Part shown: piece by piece, positions 1 through 13,099 of the stretch
Position numbering within the stretch: position 1 is the stretch's first letter
Layout: every line of letters begins with the position of its first letter
From: Eledone cirrhosa
Taxonomy: Eukaryota
Length of the DNA: 64,000 nucleotides
Reading direction: 5' to 3'
Assembly (NCBI GenBank): GCA_964016885.1
Contig: OZ024742.1
Coordinates: 7,626,001 to 7,690,000 of the forward strand
Translations under genes and position numbers: made by a program
The notes under the pieces: generated by a model
What the model was told of the DNA's origin: nothing
Seen by the model: the letters and a program-made list of their open reading frames with translations, nothing else
Databases searched by the model: none

Positions 1-2416
1 ACAGTCAGACGGTAGTAGATGACGGACGCGATGTACGCGTTCGCCATCTCCGCCCGACCTTTCTGTGATAGCTTCATCCCAGCCCATTTCTGGGTGAGAC
101 TGGCTAACCTGCCCGTCACCTCGTCCCAATTCTTATCCACCTGGAGGTCTGGCCCGAACCAAACCCCTAGCAACTTTACCGGTCCGTCCGTCCAGCGCCT
201 AACGACGCTGTTGGACGGCATGGGCTTGCCTCTCCAGGTGCCGAGTTGCAAGCCTACTGACTTTTCCGGGTTAAGTTTGCTCCTGTCCACCTTTTATATT
301 CCTCCAATAAGTTGCCAACCACCTCGATTTCTGAGGTGTCCGACACCATCACGGTGATGTCGTCTGCATAAGCCGACGCGGCTTTTCCGCGTGCCGGTTC
401 GAGCGGGATGCCCTGCAACAGCTCTAGCTTCGGCAGTAAAGGCTCGAGAGTCAATACGTACAGAAGGGAGGAGAGAGGGCACCCTTGACGGACCGATCGG
501 GAGACCTGAAACGGTTCCGAGAGGTGGCCATTAATATTGACCATCGAGCAGGTGCCGCTGTGCATTGCTGCGATCCATCTTCTGAAGACGGGGCCGAAGC
601 CAGCCGCCTTGAGGACAGCCTCCAGGTACCGATGGTGGACCCTATCGAATGCTTTCGATTGATCTAAATTGATCAGAGCCCCACTGAAGCCAGGTTTACA
701 CCCTACCCTCTCTATGATGTATCGTATTAGGTGGAGGTTGTCGTGTATGGACCTGGTTGGGATTGCGCAAGTTTGCGCCTCCCCAACCAAATCCCCGACG
801 ACAAGCGCCAACCTCTTCGCTAACACCCTGGCCAAAATCTTAAATTCTGTGTTGAGCAGAGTTATGGGCCTGAAATTGTCTAATGTGTCCCTCTTGTTCT
901 CGTCTTTCCTTATCAGTGTCACTACGCCCTGGCTCACAGAACCGTTTTGCTGCCAGTTGCAGTAGAGGGCTTCGAGGAGATTGGAGAACAAGTCTGGCAT
1001 ATTTACGTAAAGCAGACCATCTAAACCGGGTGACTTGCGCCTCATGCAGCCGACAAGGGCATCCTGAATCTCGGCTGAAGTAATTGGCCTTTCGCAGTGC
1101 CCAGCGTCAGCCCTCGAGAGTTGCGGCAAGCCATCGAGGTAGGGACTGAAGTCCGTGACCATCTCTGACCCGCCACTTCCCCCGAACAACCGAGCAAAAT
1201 GTTGGCGAAAGGCTTCACACATCCTCTTGGAATCGCTTAGCTCGTGCCCGTCTCGGTCCGTCAAAGACCGAATCGTGGTTTTATTACCACGCTGCGCCTC
1301 TGCCACGCGGGCCCATCGAACAGCTTTGGTTCTTTCGTTTCTCAGAGCACGTGCCTTAGCTCTGACAATGCAACCTTCGTGTTTCGCATTGAAGAAATGG
1401 TCTAATGCTATTCTCGCCGCTAGCACATCAGTTGCAATGCCACTACCAATAGCCTCGTCTAACTTATCTACCAACTCTCCCTCTTTTCTATTTTTCTCTA
1501 ATGCTACTTCTTTGCTAAACTCTATCGACATTACTCTAATCTCTCTTTTGAGAGCCCCCCCCCCACCACCACCACTACCATCTATTGTTGACGACTCCCC
1601 CTGTCAACTTTTTCTTAACTAAATTGTTGACCTGGTCCCTGTAAGCCTTACGTGCCGGAAATGACATGTTTAGCTTCCAGTAACCAGGTCCTAACCTACG
1701 CGTCTTATCTAGGTCGACCATACAGATCACAAACTTGTGATCTGAATAGGCGACTGTTTCAAAACGTGGACAGCTTATACTATTTCTGTCTATTTTCCTA
1801 ATGAATATCCTGTCTATATACGATCTAGATGACCCTATGCGGTTAGCCCAGGTCCACACTGGCGCATTAGGGAAATCTAGTCGGTACCTGTCAGACAGTT
1901 GGAACTGGCTGATCAGGTTCTTGAGGCTTTTGCAGCCCCCGCTCCTATCGGATACTCCCACACAGTCCCAGCGTGCGTCTAAGATGCCGTTCCAGTCCCC
2001 GCTAACAGTAAAGGGCGAGACGTACTCAGAAAGGCTTCCAGGCGTCTAAAGAAGTCCGGCCGTCCTGCCCCAGTAGGAGCATAGACGGCCACCAGTCTAA
2101 AGGCACCACCTTCATTATTGTTCACGTCCAGGACCACCAACTTCCCGTCCGGGTCCCGGAAGATCGACCTTACCTCGAGATCCAGGCCTTTCCTAAACAG
2201 CACTGCCACCCCGTCTCCCATTCCCGGCCGGCTAACAGATGCAAAGATCTGATAGTCGTCGAAAATGGGGGCTAGTGCGCGCGTGTCGGAAATCCTGGTC
2301 TTGCCGACTGCAATTACATCCATTTCTATAGACCTGAGGTCGTTGAGCAGGTGACTCTGCTTCCAGGACGATCCCAGGCCTCGAACATTTAAACATCCTA
2401 CTCTTAATATGGCCAT
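1..2416 (-). pseudogene. ORF2 (APE endonuclease + reverse transcriptase) of the Tx1-like LINE, frameshifted
   Basis: Pieces 1979-2416, 1575-1961 and 254-1531 are consecutive parts of one ORF2 in different frames. Motifs: KSPGLDGL, NFRPITLLN, DQSKAFDRV, QGCPLS, YADD. Confidence 0.92.
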
Positions 2417-2989
2417 GTTGGCAGGTTAAACAGAGAGAGAGGAAGGTTTACTTACCTTCCGGGCTCTTGTGAAGGTCGGGTTGTTCGACCTCCATAGTTA
2501 GTGGGGTTTCTTTTGGGAACCCCTTTAAAAGTCTTGAAGTGGGTTTTACGTTCGGGGTTCCCACGTCCCGAGGAAAGCTGTCTCGTATCTCTTTGAATAT
2601 GTCGAGCGACATTCGCACCAGAACCAAATCTTCCGGCACGCGAAATGTGCTCGATTTTAAAATGTCCCCCTCTTTTTGTATATTTTCACTTTGTGCTACG
2701 AGGGCCATCAGTTCCTTGTTGGCCCTCCTGACGAGCACGAAGTTTTGAATGTTTTGTTGGTGTGATTTTATTTGTTTGTGTGGCTGTGGTGGTGATGGTT
2801 TTGGTGGTGTTGTTTCGGTTGTATCTGTGTTTGTTGTGAGTGCGGTGTCTGTGGTTTCAGATGTTTGTGTGTATATTTGTTCTTGCGTCTGTCTCAGTTG
2901 TTTGCGTTTGGGGGATTATGGTGACGGTAATGGTGGTGTTGATGTTGGTGTTATTGGAGAGATGTTTGCGTGGGTGGTGTCTGCGTTTT

Positions 2990-4165
2990 TTATTGTGGGT
3001 GCTTTTGTGCTTTGTTGTTTTTTTTTTTCTTTTTGTGTTTCCTTTTTTGTATTTTGGGGGATTTTGGATCTCCCTCATTTTCACTACTGGTAGATGAGGG
3101 GTCTGTGTCTGTATGTATGTTTAAAGTTTTATTGGTGTGTGTATTTGTTGGGGGAGGGGGAATTTGACAGCTTTCCTCGTTTTCCCTCTGGGTGGTCAAT
3201 GTTGGTAGTGGTCTTTCTATTGGTGTTGTTTTTGGTGGTTTTGCCGGTGCAGGTGTTGGTTGTGGTCCTCGCCCCGGTGTCGGCAGCAGTGCAGCCTTTC
3301 GACCCCTTGCCTCTTTCAGCAGTTGAGGGCAGAAGGCTCGCAAATGGGTTTTTTTCCCACAAACAAAACACTGCGGCCTTTTGCCTTCGGTCATAATGTG
3401 AGTGACAGTCCCATTCTGAAGGCGGATGTGGTCTGGGATTATCTTCACATTCTCGGGCCTGATCTGGAGAAGGATCTCCAGGTCAACCCCAGACCAGTCC
3501 TCTCTGGCCGTTCTGGTCACTTCAATAGGGACTGTATCCGTCCCCTCCACAATCACACATCCCAGAAGCCACCACATGTCAAGTCCTGGTTGGATTCTGG
3601 GAAAGCGGAGACGGGCCGTTCTTTTTCCCATGTGGGAGGGGTACATTATGACCTTGCTGGTTTTGCAAGGAATCATAGCGTGTTTCATAGCGAGGGCTTC
3701 TGACTTGAACAACACCGAAATAGTGCCGTACTCTCTGCCCCTCTCTATGTACTGGGTGTCTTCTCTGATGCACCTCAGCGCGACTTCGACATCTTCTTGT
3801 GGGATTAACGCTGCCCTTTTGGTCTGTGCTGAGATGCATCTATAATGCACCGTTTTGCCCTCCACTGCCTCAATAGCTTCTACCGGTACAGTTAAGTTGG
3901 CCCAAGTTTGCTCTTGCTTGATGAGCTTCCATGCATGGGCCAACTTTTCATCTTTGTTTGAGAGGTCCATATTGAAGCATGGCCTCTGTTTTGCTGCTGC
4001 CGCAGCGAAAGTGTTCTTCTGGTTTTCGTTGGGGGTGTTGTTGACGTTGTTCTTGTTGGTGTTGTTGTTAGCACTGTCGCTGTTATCATTGATGTCTTTG
4101 TTGCCACCGTTGTTTTCGGTGCAGTTGGTATTGTTGCTGTTGGTTTTGTCGCTATGTGTTTTCAT
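2990..4165 (-). CDS. ORF1 nucleic-acid-binding protein of the Tx1-like LINE (zinc knuckle); probably continues via frameshift toward 2448
   Basis: Asn-rich N-terminus, TFAAAA motif and CX2CX4HX4C (CFVCGKKTHLRAFC); lies upstream of ORF2. Confidence 0.8.
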   Translation of the reverse strand: MKTHSDKTNSNNTNCTENNGGNKDINDNSDSANNNTNKNNVNNTPNENQKNTFAAAAAKQRPCFNMDLSNKDEKLAHAWKLIKQEQTWANLTVPVEAIEAVEGKTVHYRCISAQTKRAALIPQEDVEVALRCIREDTQYIERGREYGTISVLFKSEALAMKHAMIPCKTSKVIMYPSHMGKRTARLRFPRIQPGLDMWWLLGCVIVEGTDTVPIEVTRTAREDWSGVDLEILLQIRPENVKIIPDHIRLQNGTVTHIMTEGKRPQCFVCGKKTHLRAFCPQLLKEARGRKAALLPTPGRGPQPTPAPAKPPKTTPIERPLPTLTTQRENEESCQIPPPPTNTHTNKTLNIHTDTDPSSTSSENEGDPKSPKIQKRKHKKKKKNNKAQKHPQ

Positions 4166-4629
4166 GTTAGTGGTGTTGATATTGTTGTTCTATTTGTTAT
4201 TTTTTTTTTGTTATCTGTATTTTCGTTGTCGCTGTTACTGTCATTTATTTTCAAAATTCGAGTTCTTATTGGTATCATTGGTGTCTTTGTTTACCTTGTT
4301 TGTGGTGGTGTTTGTGTTATCAATGTGTGTTAATTTCGCTGTAGCGCTCCTCTCAACTTCTACGTCGTTGTTGCACGACAGCCGACATATCGTTGGGGGG
4401 GGGGGGGGGGGGCTCTCAGCCACGTTTTTTTTTCTTCGTAAATGTTTTAACATGTAAAACAAAGTTCAAATATTTGGGCCAAAAGGCCCAAATATTATAC
4501 TTTCCCCTTCACTGGGCAAAGTCTAAGGGCTTATATCCCTTACACAACAAGAATTATTTAACAACAAATAATTTAAACAGGCAAATAAAGCGACTTACTG
4601 TGAGCGAGCAAAATACGTCCGCTTAGACC

Positions 4630-4658
4630 AATAATAATAATAATAATAATAATAATAA
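4630..4658. repeat. (AAT)n microsatellite at the LINE 5' junction
   Basis: Direct reading. Confidence 0.95.
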
Positions 4659-5479
4659 GGGAAGAAAACGCACATGGTGGATATATATCGTTATGGAATA
4701 GCTCCCGTAAGTTTTTGATTTTTACTTATTTAAAACAATTGTGATAGAATAATTCTTATTACAAATGACGTATAAGATTACATTTTAACGCTCAGCAAGC
4801 CATAACGCATCACTTTAAGGCATAGGGCCACAATATTTAATATTTAATTTTGGATCAGAAATGTTATAGTCGAAAAAGAGGAAAATGGCAAAATGGCAAA
4901 ATAGCTAAATGGCTAAGTGGACAGACAGGCAAATTATTTCACCACCAACACCACCACCGCCATCATCACCACTACCACGCCAAAAACTCTAGTCAAGATA
5001 TCTCAACTTCTATTTCTACTTCAACTTCAACACCATCACTACAGTACTACGATCACATCACCACCACCACTGTCTCATTATCGCTACCGCCGCTCTCTCC
5101 CACTACCTCCTGCTAAGTACTACTAGCACAGCACCACGACCACCACCACCACTGCCTCATTATTACTACCGTCGCTATTCTCTCCCACTACCTCCTGCTA
5201 AGACATGCATCGTAGTGTCCCCACTAAAAGAGGAAGGCATCAACAGATATAAATAGACTGATTTGATGACCCGGTCAAAAAATCAAAAAAACAAAAATCA
5301 AAATCAAAATCAAACAGCACAGCAACAAGGAAAACGTAAAGAAAAGAAAAATCAAAAGAAAAACAAACAGACAAGCAGAGAAGGAAAAAAAAAACTAAGT
5401 CAGACATTCAAACATTACATTACAATGAAACTTATGCTTATTCTTTTTTTTTTTTTTTACCCATTTGTTTGTTTGTTTA

Positions 5480-8400
5480 ATTATGTTCGTCTACAGCGTG
5501 ATAGTGCCACACTAAAATCACCGGCGGTGATGAAATCACCGGTGGTTATGTAACCATACATTCACCAATCCTCGATACCTAAACAGTTCGAATAACGGTG
5601 AAGTGGAGACTGGAATGTCATGTGACAGACTCTCACCCAGCAGGTGTTCCTTGACTCAGCAGCAGGGACCTGGCTGTCAACCAAATACTTCTGGTGTCGG
5701 AGGAAGAAGAAGAAGGAAAGGGATCAGAACCAACTGGACGAAAGAATTGAATAGAACTGTTATGCAATGTTACCTGAAGAGTAACCCCAAGGAGAAAGCC
5801 TATAGGAAACAGATGCATAACATCTGGAACGAGATTGATCTATTTAAATTAGATGAACAAAAATTGGCCGGGCAGGATCGGGTAAGAAGAACTAATGGGT
5901 GGATAAGAGAGCTGGAACTGGAGGAACTGAGCAGAGAGATTAGGTTGGAAATGGAGGGTGAAGTATGTCAGGCAAACGAGCCAGTGGGAAATGAAGGTGA
6001 AGAGGTTGAGAGAACGGAGGAACCATCCGAAGTAGACAATGATCTGAATGCTGAAATAAATAATACCTGGAACAAGGATACGACCATTGAGGAGATGAAT
6101 GCTGACGGGCTAGGACAAGATTTGGTTGATATCCTAAACTTAGTGGTAGATGAATTGAACAATGATATTGGGAAACCTATGAACCTAAGATTTGTAGACA
6201 GGAAAAAGTTAAAAGAAACAACAGCTAAGGTAAACAAAGTCACCCCATACCTTGAGGCGAGGAGCCTTCACCAGTGCAACAATATCTTCAAAGCAACAGC
6301 AAATTCGGTGAGGAAATTACTTGGCATAAAAGCGAGAAGAAACAACAAACAAGAAAAATCAGAACCTTGGTGGAAGAAACGACTGAATGGTCAAATCAGG
6401 GAAATGAGAAATAACATTGGAAAGCTTGAGTCCCTACTGAATGGGACACTAAAAAACATAGACACTAAAAATAGACTGGAAATAAAGTACAAAACTAGGA
6501 GGAAAAAGCTAAATATTATCATAGAGGAACTGAAGCGACGCATTGTAGTAAAGAGTGCAAAAATTAGGCGATACGAGAGCAGAGTCAGTCAGTATAGACA
6601 GAACCGCATGTTTGACAACAACCAGAAGATGCTGTTTGGACAGCTTGAAGGGAAAGAAAGAGGCAACGACTTGATCCCTGAGGCGGAACAAACTAAGACA
6701 TTCTGGAGAGGAATATGGGAGCAGGATGTTAAACATAATGACCAGGCAGTGTGGATTGAGACAGTACAAAAGGAGATTAGTGAACAGGCACACCAACAAA
6801 CTGATTTGAGTATCACAGTTGAAACTCTTAAGGGGCAGGCCAAAAAGCTAACCAACTGGAAATCACCAGGCCCAGATGGTGTGCAGGGGTATTGGATTAA
6901 AAATATAACATCCCTCCACCCGAAACTGACAACCATGTTCAATGACTGCTTGATGTCAGGTGAGGTACCAGAGTGGTTGACAAAAGGTATCACAATTCTG
7001 GTAATGTAAGACCGAATCATGGGTAATGATGTTACCAACTATAGACCTATCACGTGTCTGTCCGTAATGTGGAAACTGTTGACAAGCATTATGTCTGAGG
7101 AAATCTACCATCACCTCCACACAAACAACTTGTTACCGGACGAACAGAAAGGATGCCGAAAGAAGTCCCGTGGTACAAAGGACCAGTTACTTATTGATAA
7201 GATGGTAATGAGGAATTGCAAGAGGAGACACACTGGTCTTGACATGGGATGGATAGACTACAAAAAGGCATTTGACATGGTGCCTCATTCTTGGATCACC
7301 AAAAGCCTAGAGATCTTCAAGGTGGCAGATAACATCAGACAGTTGTTGGGCAAAAGTATGAAGTCCTGGAAAACAGAATTAACATCAGCTGGAGAATCCT
7401 TGGGAGGCGTGAAGATCAAGAGTGGTATCTTCCAGAGAGATAGTCTGTCCCCTCTGTTGTTTGTCCTTGTCCTGATGCCCCTGACCATTATACTGCGAAA
7501 AGTGAGAGCAGGATACAAGTTGGGAAAGGGAGAGCTTACCATCAATCACTTCCTCTTCATGGACGATCTTAAGCTCTTCGGGAAGAGTGAGAAGGAGTTG
7601 GATGTGCTTGTTGACACTGTCTGTATTTTCAGCAATGATATATGTATGCAATTTGGTATTAGCAAGTGTGGAGTCCTTGGGATGAAGAGGGGTAAATTGA
7701 GCAGAAGCACCGGAATCCAGGTACCAGCAGGTGGGATGATAAAGGAAATTGACACTGAAGAAGGATACAAGTATTTGGGTGTTCTGGAGGCTTATGACAT
7801 CAAGAACAAAAAAATGAAGGAATTGATAAGATCTGAATACATTCGGAGAGTAAGGAACGTATTAAAGTCACATCTGAACAGTAGGAATGCCATAAGTGCA
7901 GTAAATTCCCGAGCTGTGTCTATTATTAGGTACAGTGCGGGAATTCTGAGATGGAATGTTGCTGAACAAAAAGAAATGGATAGGAAGACTAGGAAGCTAT
8001 TGACTATCTACAACATGTCCCACAAGAGGAGTGATGTCGATAGACTCTACTTAAGGAGATCTGAAGGTGGAAGAGGTCTTATCAGCATAGAGGACTGTGT
8101 TCAGATGGAGAAAAACAACCTACACAAATACGTGACTGATAGTAAGGAGCCAATGCTCAGAATTGTACTAAAGGAGAGGACAATAGACCAGGGGATGTCC
8201 AAGGAGGAAATAACAACAAGGAGAAAGAGCAACCTTCATGAAAAATCCCTTCATAGTACCTTCTTTGAGAAAACTGAATTCAGAGATCCACAGACTTGGA
8301 ACTGGTTGAAAAGAGGAGACCTTAAAAAGTCTACAGAAGGAATGCTAATGGCTGCGCAAGAGCAGGCCCTCAAAACGAAGTGGTTGAAACACCATATTTA

Positions 8401-9091
8401 CAAGGAGGAGGCTAGCCCACTGTGCAGGATCTGTGGAGAGAGAGAGAGGAGACTGTGGCTCACACTGTATCCGAGTGTAAACACCTAGCCCAGACTCACT
8501 ATAAGGGCTGGAGACATGATGTGATAGGCAGGGTGATCCACTGGCACCTATGCAATGTAAACAATTTACCACATTCTGAGAAGTGGTATGAACATAAGCC
8601 AGAGTCGGTGATAGAAAACGATCAGGTGAAGGTGCTGTGGGATTTGAGGATACAGACGGGTAAGAAACTGGAACACAATAGACCCGACCTGGTGGTTTTG
8701 GACAAGGAAAAAAGATCGTGCCTGATTGAGGATGTGGCCTGTCCATTCGACACGAGAGTGCAAGAAAAGGAGAGGGAGAAAATTAACCGATACCAGGATT
8801 TAAAGCGGGAGGTAAAAAGGATCTGGAACTGGCATGAAGTCAAAGTGGTCCCGATTGTCATAGGCGCACTAGGTACTATCTCAAAAAGTTTCTAGGGATG
8901 GTTAAAGAAAATTGGCCCCGCCACGCTTTTTGGAACGCTACAAAAGCATGCTTGCTGGGAACAGCAAGAACCCTCCGATACGTCCTGAATATCTGAGGCT
9001 GCAGGTAGTGGCTTGATATTCTTTTCAACAAACTTTCCAGTTAACTAACATCAATGACTGAGTCTCAAAGAACAATAATAATAATAATAAA
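5480..9091 (+). mobile_element. R4/Dong-like non-LTR retrotransposon (RT + restriction-like endonuclease); 5' boundary approximate
   Basis: Single-ORF layout with RT, a CCHC-like finger and a PD..D RLE domain, followed by a short 3' UTR and an (AAT)n tail at about 9073-9091. Dong-type elements are known to target TAA repeats. Confidence 0.85.
5603..8996 (+). pseudogene. RT-RLE polyprotein with premature stops (7007-7009, 8893-8895) and a frameshift in the (GA)n run near 8440
   Basis: Motifs: [82 protein letters not shown]. Confidence 0.9.
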
Positions 9092-9092
9092 A

Positions 9093-9128
<36 letters not shown>

Positions 9129-9257
9129 AAAATTAAGATAAATCAAATGAATTTAATCTAAATCAAAATTATGGGTGTCATGCCAGAAAGACATGCGCCA
9201 TATCACTCGCAAAATAAGCTCTAAGATTCTAACGAGTAGGTCCGAGCATTTTATAAC

Positions 9258-9560
9258 AACTAGAAATTGATTAACATATAAATAAACATATGAAACAATC
9301 ACAGGGGATAATTTTTATTAGTGTGTAAACCACACATAGCTAGGTAGGTAACTAAATAAAGTTGACCAGAACTTCAAAAATAGATACATTATAATATGAT
9401 TCATCTTCCCAGGGAAGATGAATCATATTATAAGGTATCTATTTTTGAAGTTCTGGTCAACTTTAGTTAGTTTCCTACCTAGCTATGTGTGGTTACACAC
9501 TTGTAAACATTATCTCCTGTGATTATTCATGTTTATTTATATGTTAATCAATTTCTAGTT
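9258..9560. repeat. Fold-back inverted repeat, arms about 150 bp, axis near 9411, within a (TA)n-flanked insert
   Basis: gattcatcttccc-a-gggaagatgaatc at the centre; arms match imperfectly out to ctagaaattgattaacat / atgttaatcaatttctag. Confidence 0.9.
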
Positions 9561-9575
9561 ATTATATATATATAA

Positions 9576-9688
<113 letters not shown>

Positions 9689-10020
9689 GACTGTGTGTCT
9701 GTTAGTGACTGTAAGTAAATATATGGCGAGGTGAACATTCTAGAATCCCTTCCTCTCTGAGTCATGTCATTTATGATTTGTTCAAATTTTATTTGAAACA
9801 AGAAGCGAGATATACAGATAAAATAAGATTAGAATCTAGAGAATACATGAGTTAGTGAAATATCTTAAAAGGTGAGTGAATCATACAGGAAACGTAACGG
9901 AAATCTTGGAAATGTTTATTTTGAAGATTGCAAAAAAAGAAATTTTAAGTAGGAAACCATATGAAATTATGGCCCATAAATACAATGACGTCAGATTCCT
10001 TTCAACAATGTATTTTTAGA

Positions 10021-10195
10021 AGCGGTGAAGTGGCAGAGTTGTTAGCAAGTTGTATAGAATGTTTTACGTTGTTCCAGCTCTTTGCACTCATTAATTTCGG
10101 ATCACGCAATCACAGAGGTTAACTTTGCATTTTAGATTTTCGAGGGTGATAAGGAAAAATAGTCGTTCAGTAATGGGGGCGATTCTTTCTACCCC
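10021..10195 (+). mobile_element. tRNA-derived SINE, degenerate
   Basis: A-box-like tggcagagttg; shares gttaactttgc with the other copies in the window. Confidence 0.6.
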
Positions 10196-10232
10196 CCCCC
10201 CCATCCCTGTCTCCATCTCTCTCTCTCTCTCA

Positions 10233-10265
<33 letters not shown>

Positions 10266-10268
<3 letters not shown>

Positions 10269-10613
10269 TAGAAAGTGAGGTATCTTTTACAAAATGAAAA
10301 ATAACCGAGGTGTCCTACACGAGTGAAAGTATAAAGAAAAAAAGATGAAATCGAAAATGCAACTGGAGTCTTATTTAAAAAAAATATATATATTTATTTG
10401 GTTCCTTTACCGGTTTCGCAGTTCTTCTGCTTTTCAAAAGTAGAGTTGAGATGGAGGGTCTGTGGTTTTTCTCACTGAGAAAAACCACAGACCCTCCATC
10501 TCAACTCTACTTTTGAAAAGCAGAAGAACTGCGAAAACGGTAAAGGAACCAAATAAATATATATATTTAAAAAAAAAATAAGACTCCAGTTGCATTTTCG
10601 ATTTTATCTTTTT

Positions 10614-10616
<3 letters not shown>
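10266..10616 (-). mobile_element. Non-coding PLE pLTR-type insert (family C) with a fold-back arm, axis at 10475, flanked by (TA)n
   Basis: Arms about 10335-10474 and 10476-10616; carries an HHR; same family as 37498-37858. Confidence 0.8.
10405..10440 (-). ncRNA. Minimal type I hammerhead ribozyme, U3-A8 core variant
   Basis: Minus strand reads ctt UUGAAAA gcag-aagaa-ctgc GAAA ccgg UA aag; stem III (ACCGGU) is palindromic. Confidence 0.7.
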
Positions 10617-10663
<47 letters not shown>

Positions 10664-11229
10664 AAAATTTCGCTCAACATGGCTTAATACAATAAATGTA
10701 ATCTGAGTTTTCCGAATATTAAGTACCAGTAATACACTGGGGTAATTGCTGGCCTTGTGCCAAAAAGTAGAAACAATTATTAAAAACGAAGGAAAATAAA
10801 ATTTTAGAGTAAGGGTATTAGTGAGAATTACCAATCTTATTTAAACCACAAGGAATCTAGATATATAACAAGAAATTAAATTAATTGATAGGTATACTTA
10901 CAGAGATAAAGTTATCTTAATTCATATGTATGTGATAAATAAAAACTTGATGTTATTAAAGAATGTTGTTAAAAACTAAGGAAAATAATGTTTTGGGAAA
11001 AGGGTATTAGTGAGAAATACCAATTTTATTTAAACTATAAGGAATCTCAATACATAACAAGAAATTAAATTAATTTATAGGTATACTTACAGGGATAAAA
11101 TTATATTAATTCATATGAATGTATTAAATAAAGAAGTAAGAAATTAAAGCAATAAAAAATATAAAATAAATATATGGAAAAACTGAAGTAGATAAAAATG
11201 TTTTATAAAGAGTATTGTATCTATACGGA

Positions 11230-11365
11230 CATTGATGAAATTAAAGATACGGCCCTTGCCATTCTGAGTTCAACTTTGCCTGTCATCGTTACGGGGTCGA
11301 TAAAATAAAGTACCAGTAATGCACTGGGTATTGGCTGGTCTTGTACGTACCAAAAGTAGAAACAA
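11230..11365 (+). mobile_element. tRNA-derived SINE, partial
   Basis: B-box-like gagttcaa and the shared tail ggggtcgataaaataaagtaccagtaatg. Confidence 0.65.
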
Positions 11366-11576
11366 TTAATTATATTTAATAATCATAGGTATTAAATGTG
11401 ATAAATAGGGGATGCGATTAAATGAAGTAGTGTGGTTAAAAATAATTTTAGGAAATGAGAGCTGTAGGAGGGAAATCAAATGATGAAGTTCTCTGTAGTA
11501 AAATACTAATTAGAGGTTAACTAAAATTAAAAAAAACAATTATAATAATTTGTAAAATATAAGAGTCAGGTGTATA

Positions 11577-12155
11577 TTAATTAGGTTTATAATATTTGAA
11601 GATTCTTCTAATTCTATGATTGCAAGATATAATTAATTCATGTCGCTTATTTAATAGGATATCCTTAGATTTCATGATTTCAAAAAGTTCTTGGGAGCAT
11701 AACCTAAACTCGTATCTGCTATTTTGATAAGGGGTGGCCCTTTTGAGCACACTCCAGCTCAGGTTGTAATCGATGTTCTTCTTTCTATAATTATTAATAG
11801 TTTCAGCCAAGGATGTTGTTTTAGCTAATGCGGCATTTTTCAAACTATGTTCGTGGGTTTTAAATCTTACTTTAAATTGGTTAGACGTAGCTCCTATATA
11901 TGAATAAGTGTAGTCCTTAGTGCTTATTTTACATTTATATACTATGTTATCAATAAGACAATTTCCCTTTAATGGGCAATTTCTATTGATTCTACAGTTA
12001 CAACCATTCGTGAATATTATATCAGGGGAGTTAGTCAAATTTGGTGTGGAATTTACAGCACTTGTTATAAATGAAGGAAATTGTGGTTTGTTACGGTTTA
12101 TTTTAGTATTATTATGGTTGGTTTGATGTGTTGGTGGTATGTATATGGACGTCAT
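11577..12155 (-). pseudogene. C-terminal remnant of a Penelope-like ORF (Cys linker + GIY-YIG endonuclease)
   Basis: CNCRINRNCPLKGNC, IVYKC...YIGAT, RF..H, LNKRHE..CNH; visibly homologous to the 59591-61054 ORF. Confidence 0.85.
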
Positions 12156-12320
12156 GTATATGTGAAGTTATGTATATTTCCTCTGATAATTTGTAATATT
12201 TTTACATAGATCTATATGATATACATACCAGCACAGATATACATCCCAGAAACGACCGTAAAATGATGAATTTTTAATATAAGGAACTTGTACTTTGTTT
12301 TTATTTCATTGTTTTTATTA

Positions 12321-12378
<58 letters not shown>

Positions 12379-12381
<3 letters not shown>

Positions 12382-12567
12382 AACGAGTAGGACCTCGACG
12401 GCTGAGCTCAAGCCGTTTCGATGGCTAATTCTGGACGGCTCGAAACGGCTTGTGCTCAGCCGTCGGTGTCCTACTCGTTCCTATTACCTACTCTACTACC
12501 CTAAATATAGAATATAGAGTAATTTGGTGCGTTATGATCCACCTGGTTCCTTACCACATTGCCTTCG

Positions 12568-12570
<3 letters not shown>
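12379..12570 (+). mobile_element. Short PLE-type insert (family D) with the 3' half of an HHR and an inverted 5' arm, in (TA)n
   Basis: GAAA-cggct..agccg-TC stem III; inverted arm 12379-12420. Related copies at about 12812-12938, 14006-14085, 40988-41040 and 44250-44441. Confidence 0.7.
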
Positions 12571-12633
<63 letters not shown>

Positions 12634-12770
12634 ATGATATTATTTATAGTTATGTATACACTATATACAACTATAAATAGGAAAGGTCAGTAATTCATTA
12701 CTACCCTATTACGAGTAAGAAAAATAGCTCAATGTAAATACATGAGATGTTTTACAGAGTCGAAGTATAA

Positions 12771-12812
<42 letters not shown>

Positions 12813-13015
12813 CAAAGGAATTGTGGTAAGGAACCAGATGGACCGTAACGCACCAGAGTACTCAATACTTAGGGTAGTTGAGTGGGAAATATGAAAAACT
12901 ATGACCCCGACGGCAGAGCTCAAGCCGTTTCGACGGCCTATATATATATATATAGTGCAAATCTGGACGGGAACGAAACAGAGAGGCAGACAAATAAAGG
13001 TTTATTAGGTCCACG

Positions 13016-13099
<84 letters not shown>

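Larger units (their letters stand above)
1..4629 (-). mobile_element. Tx1/L1-type non-LTR retrotransposon, decayed; 3' end runs off the window
   Basis: ORF1 has a CCHC knuckle. ORF2 has APE endonuclease motifs (GCLNVRGL, SYIDRIF, SDH, GPGYWKLN) and RT motifs (QGCPLS, YADD). The 5' end abuts (AAT)n at 4630. Confidence 0.92.
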
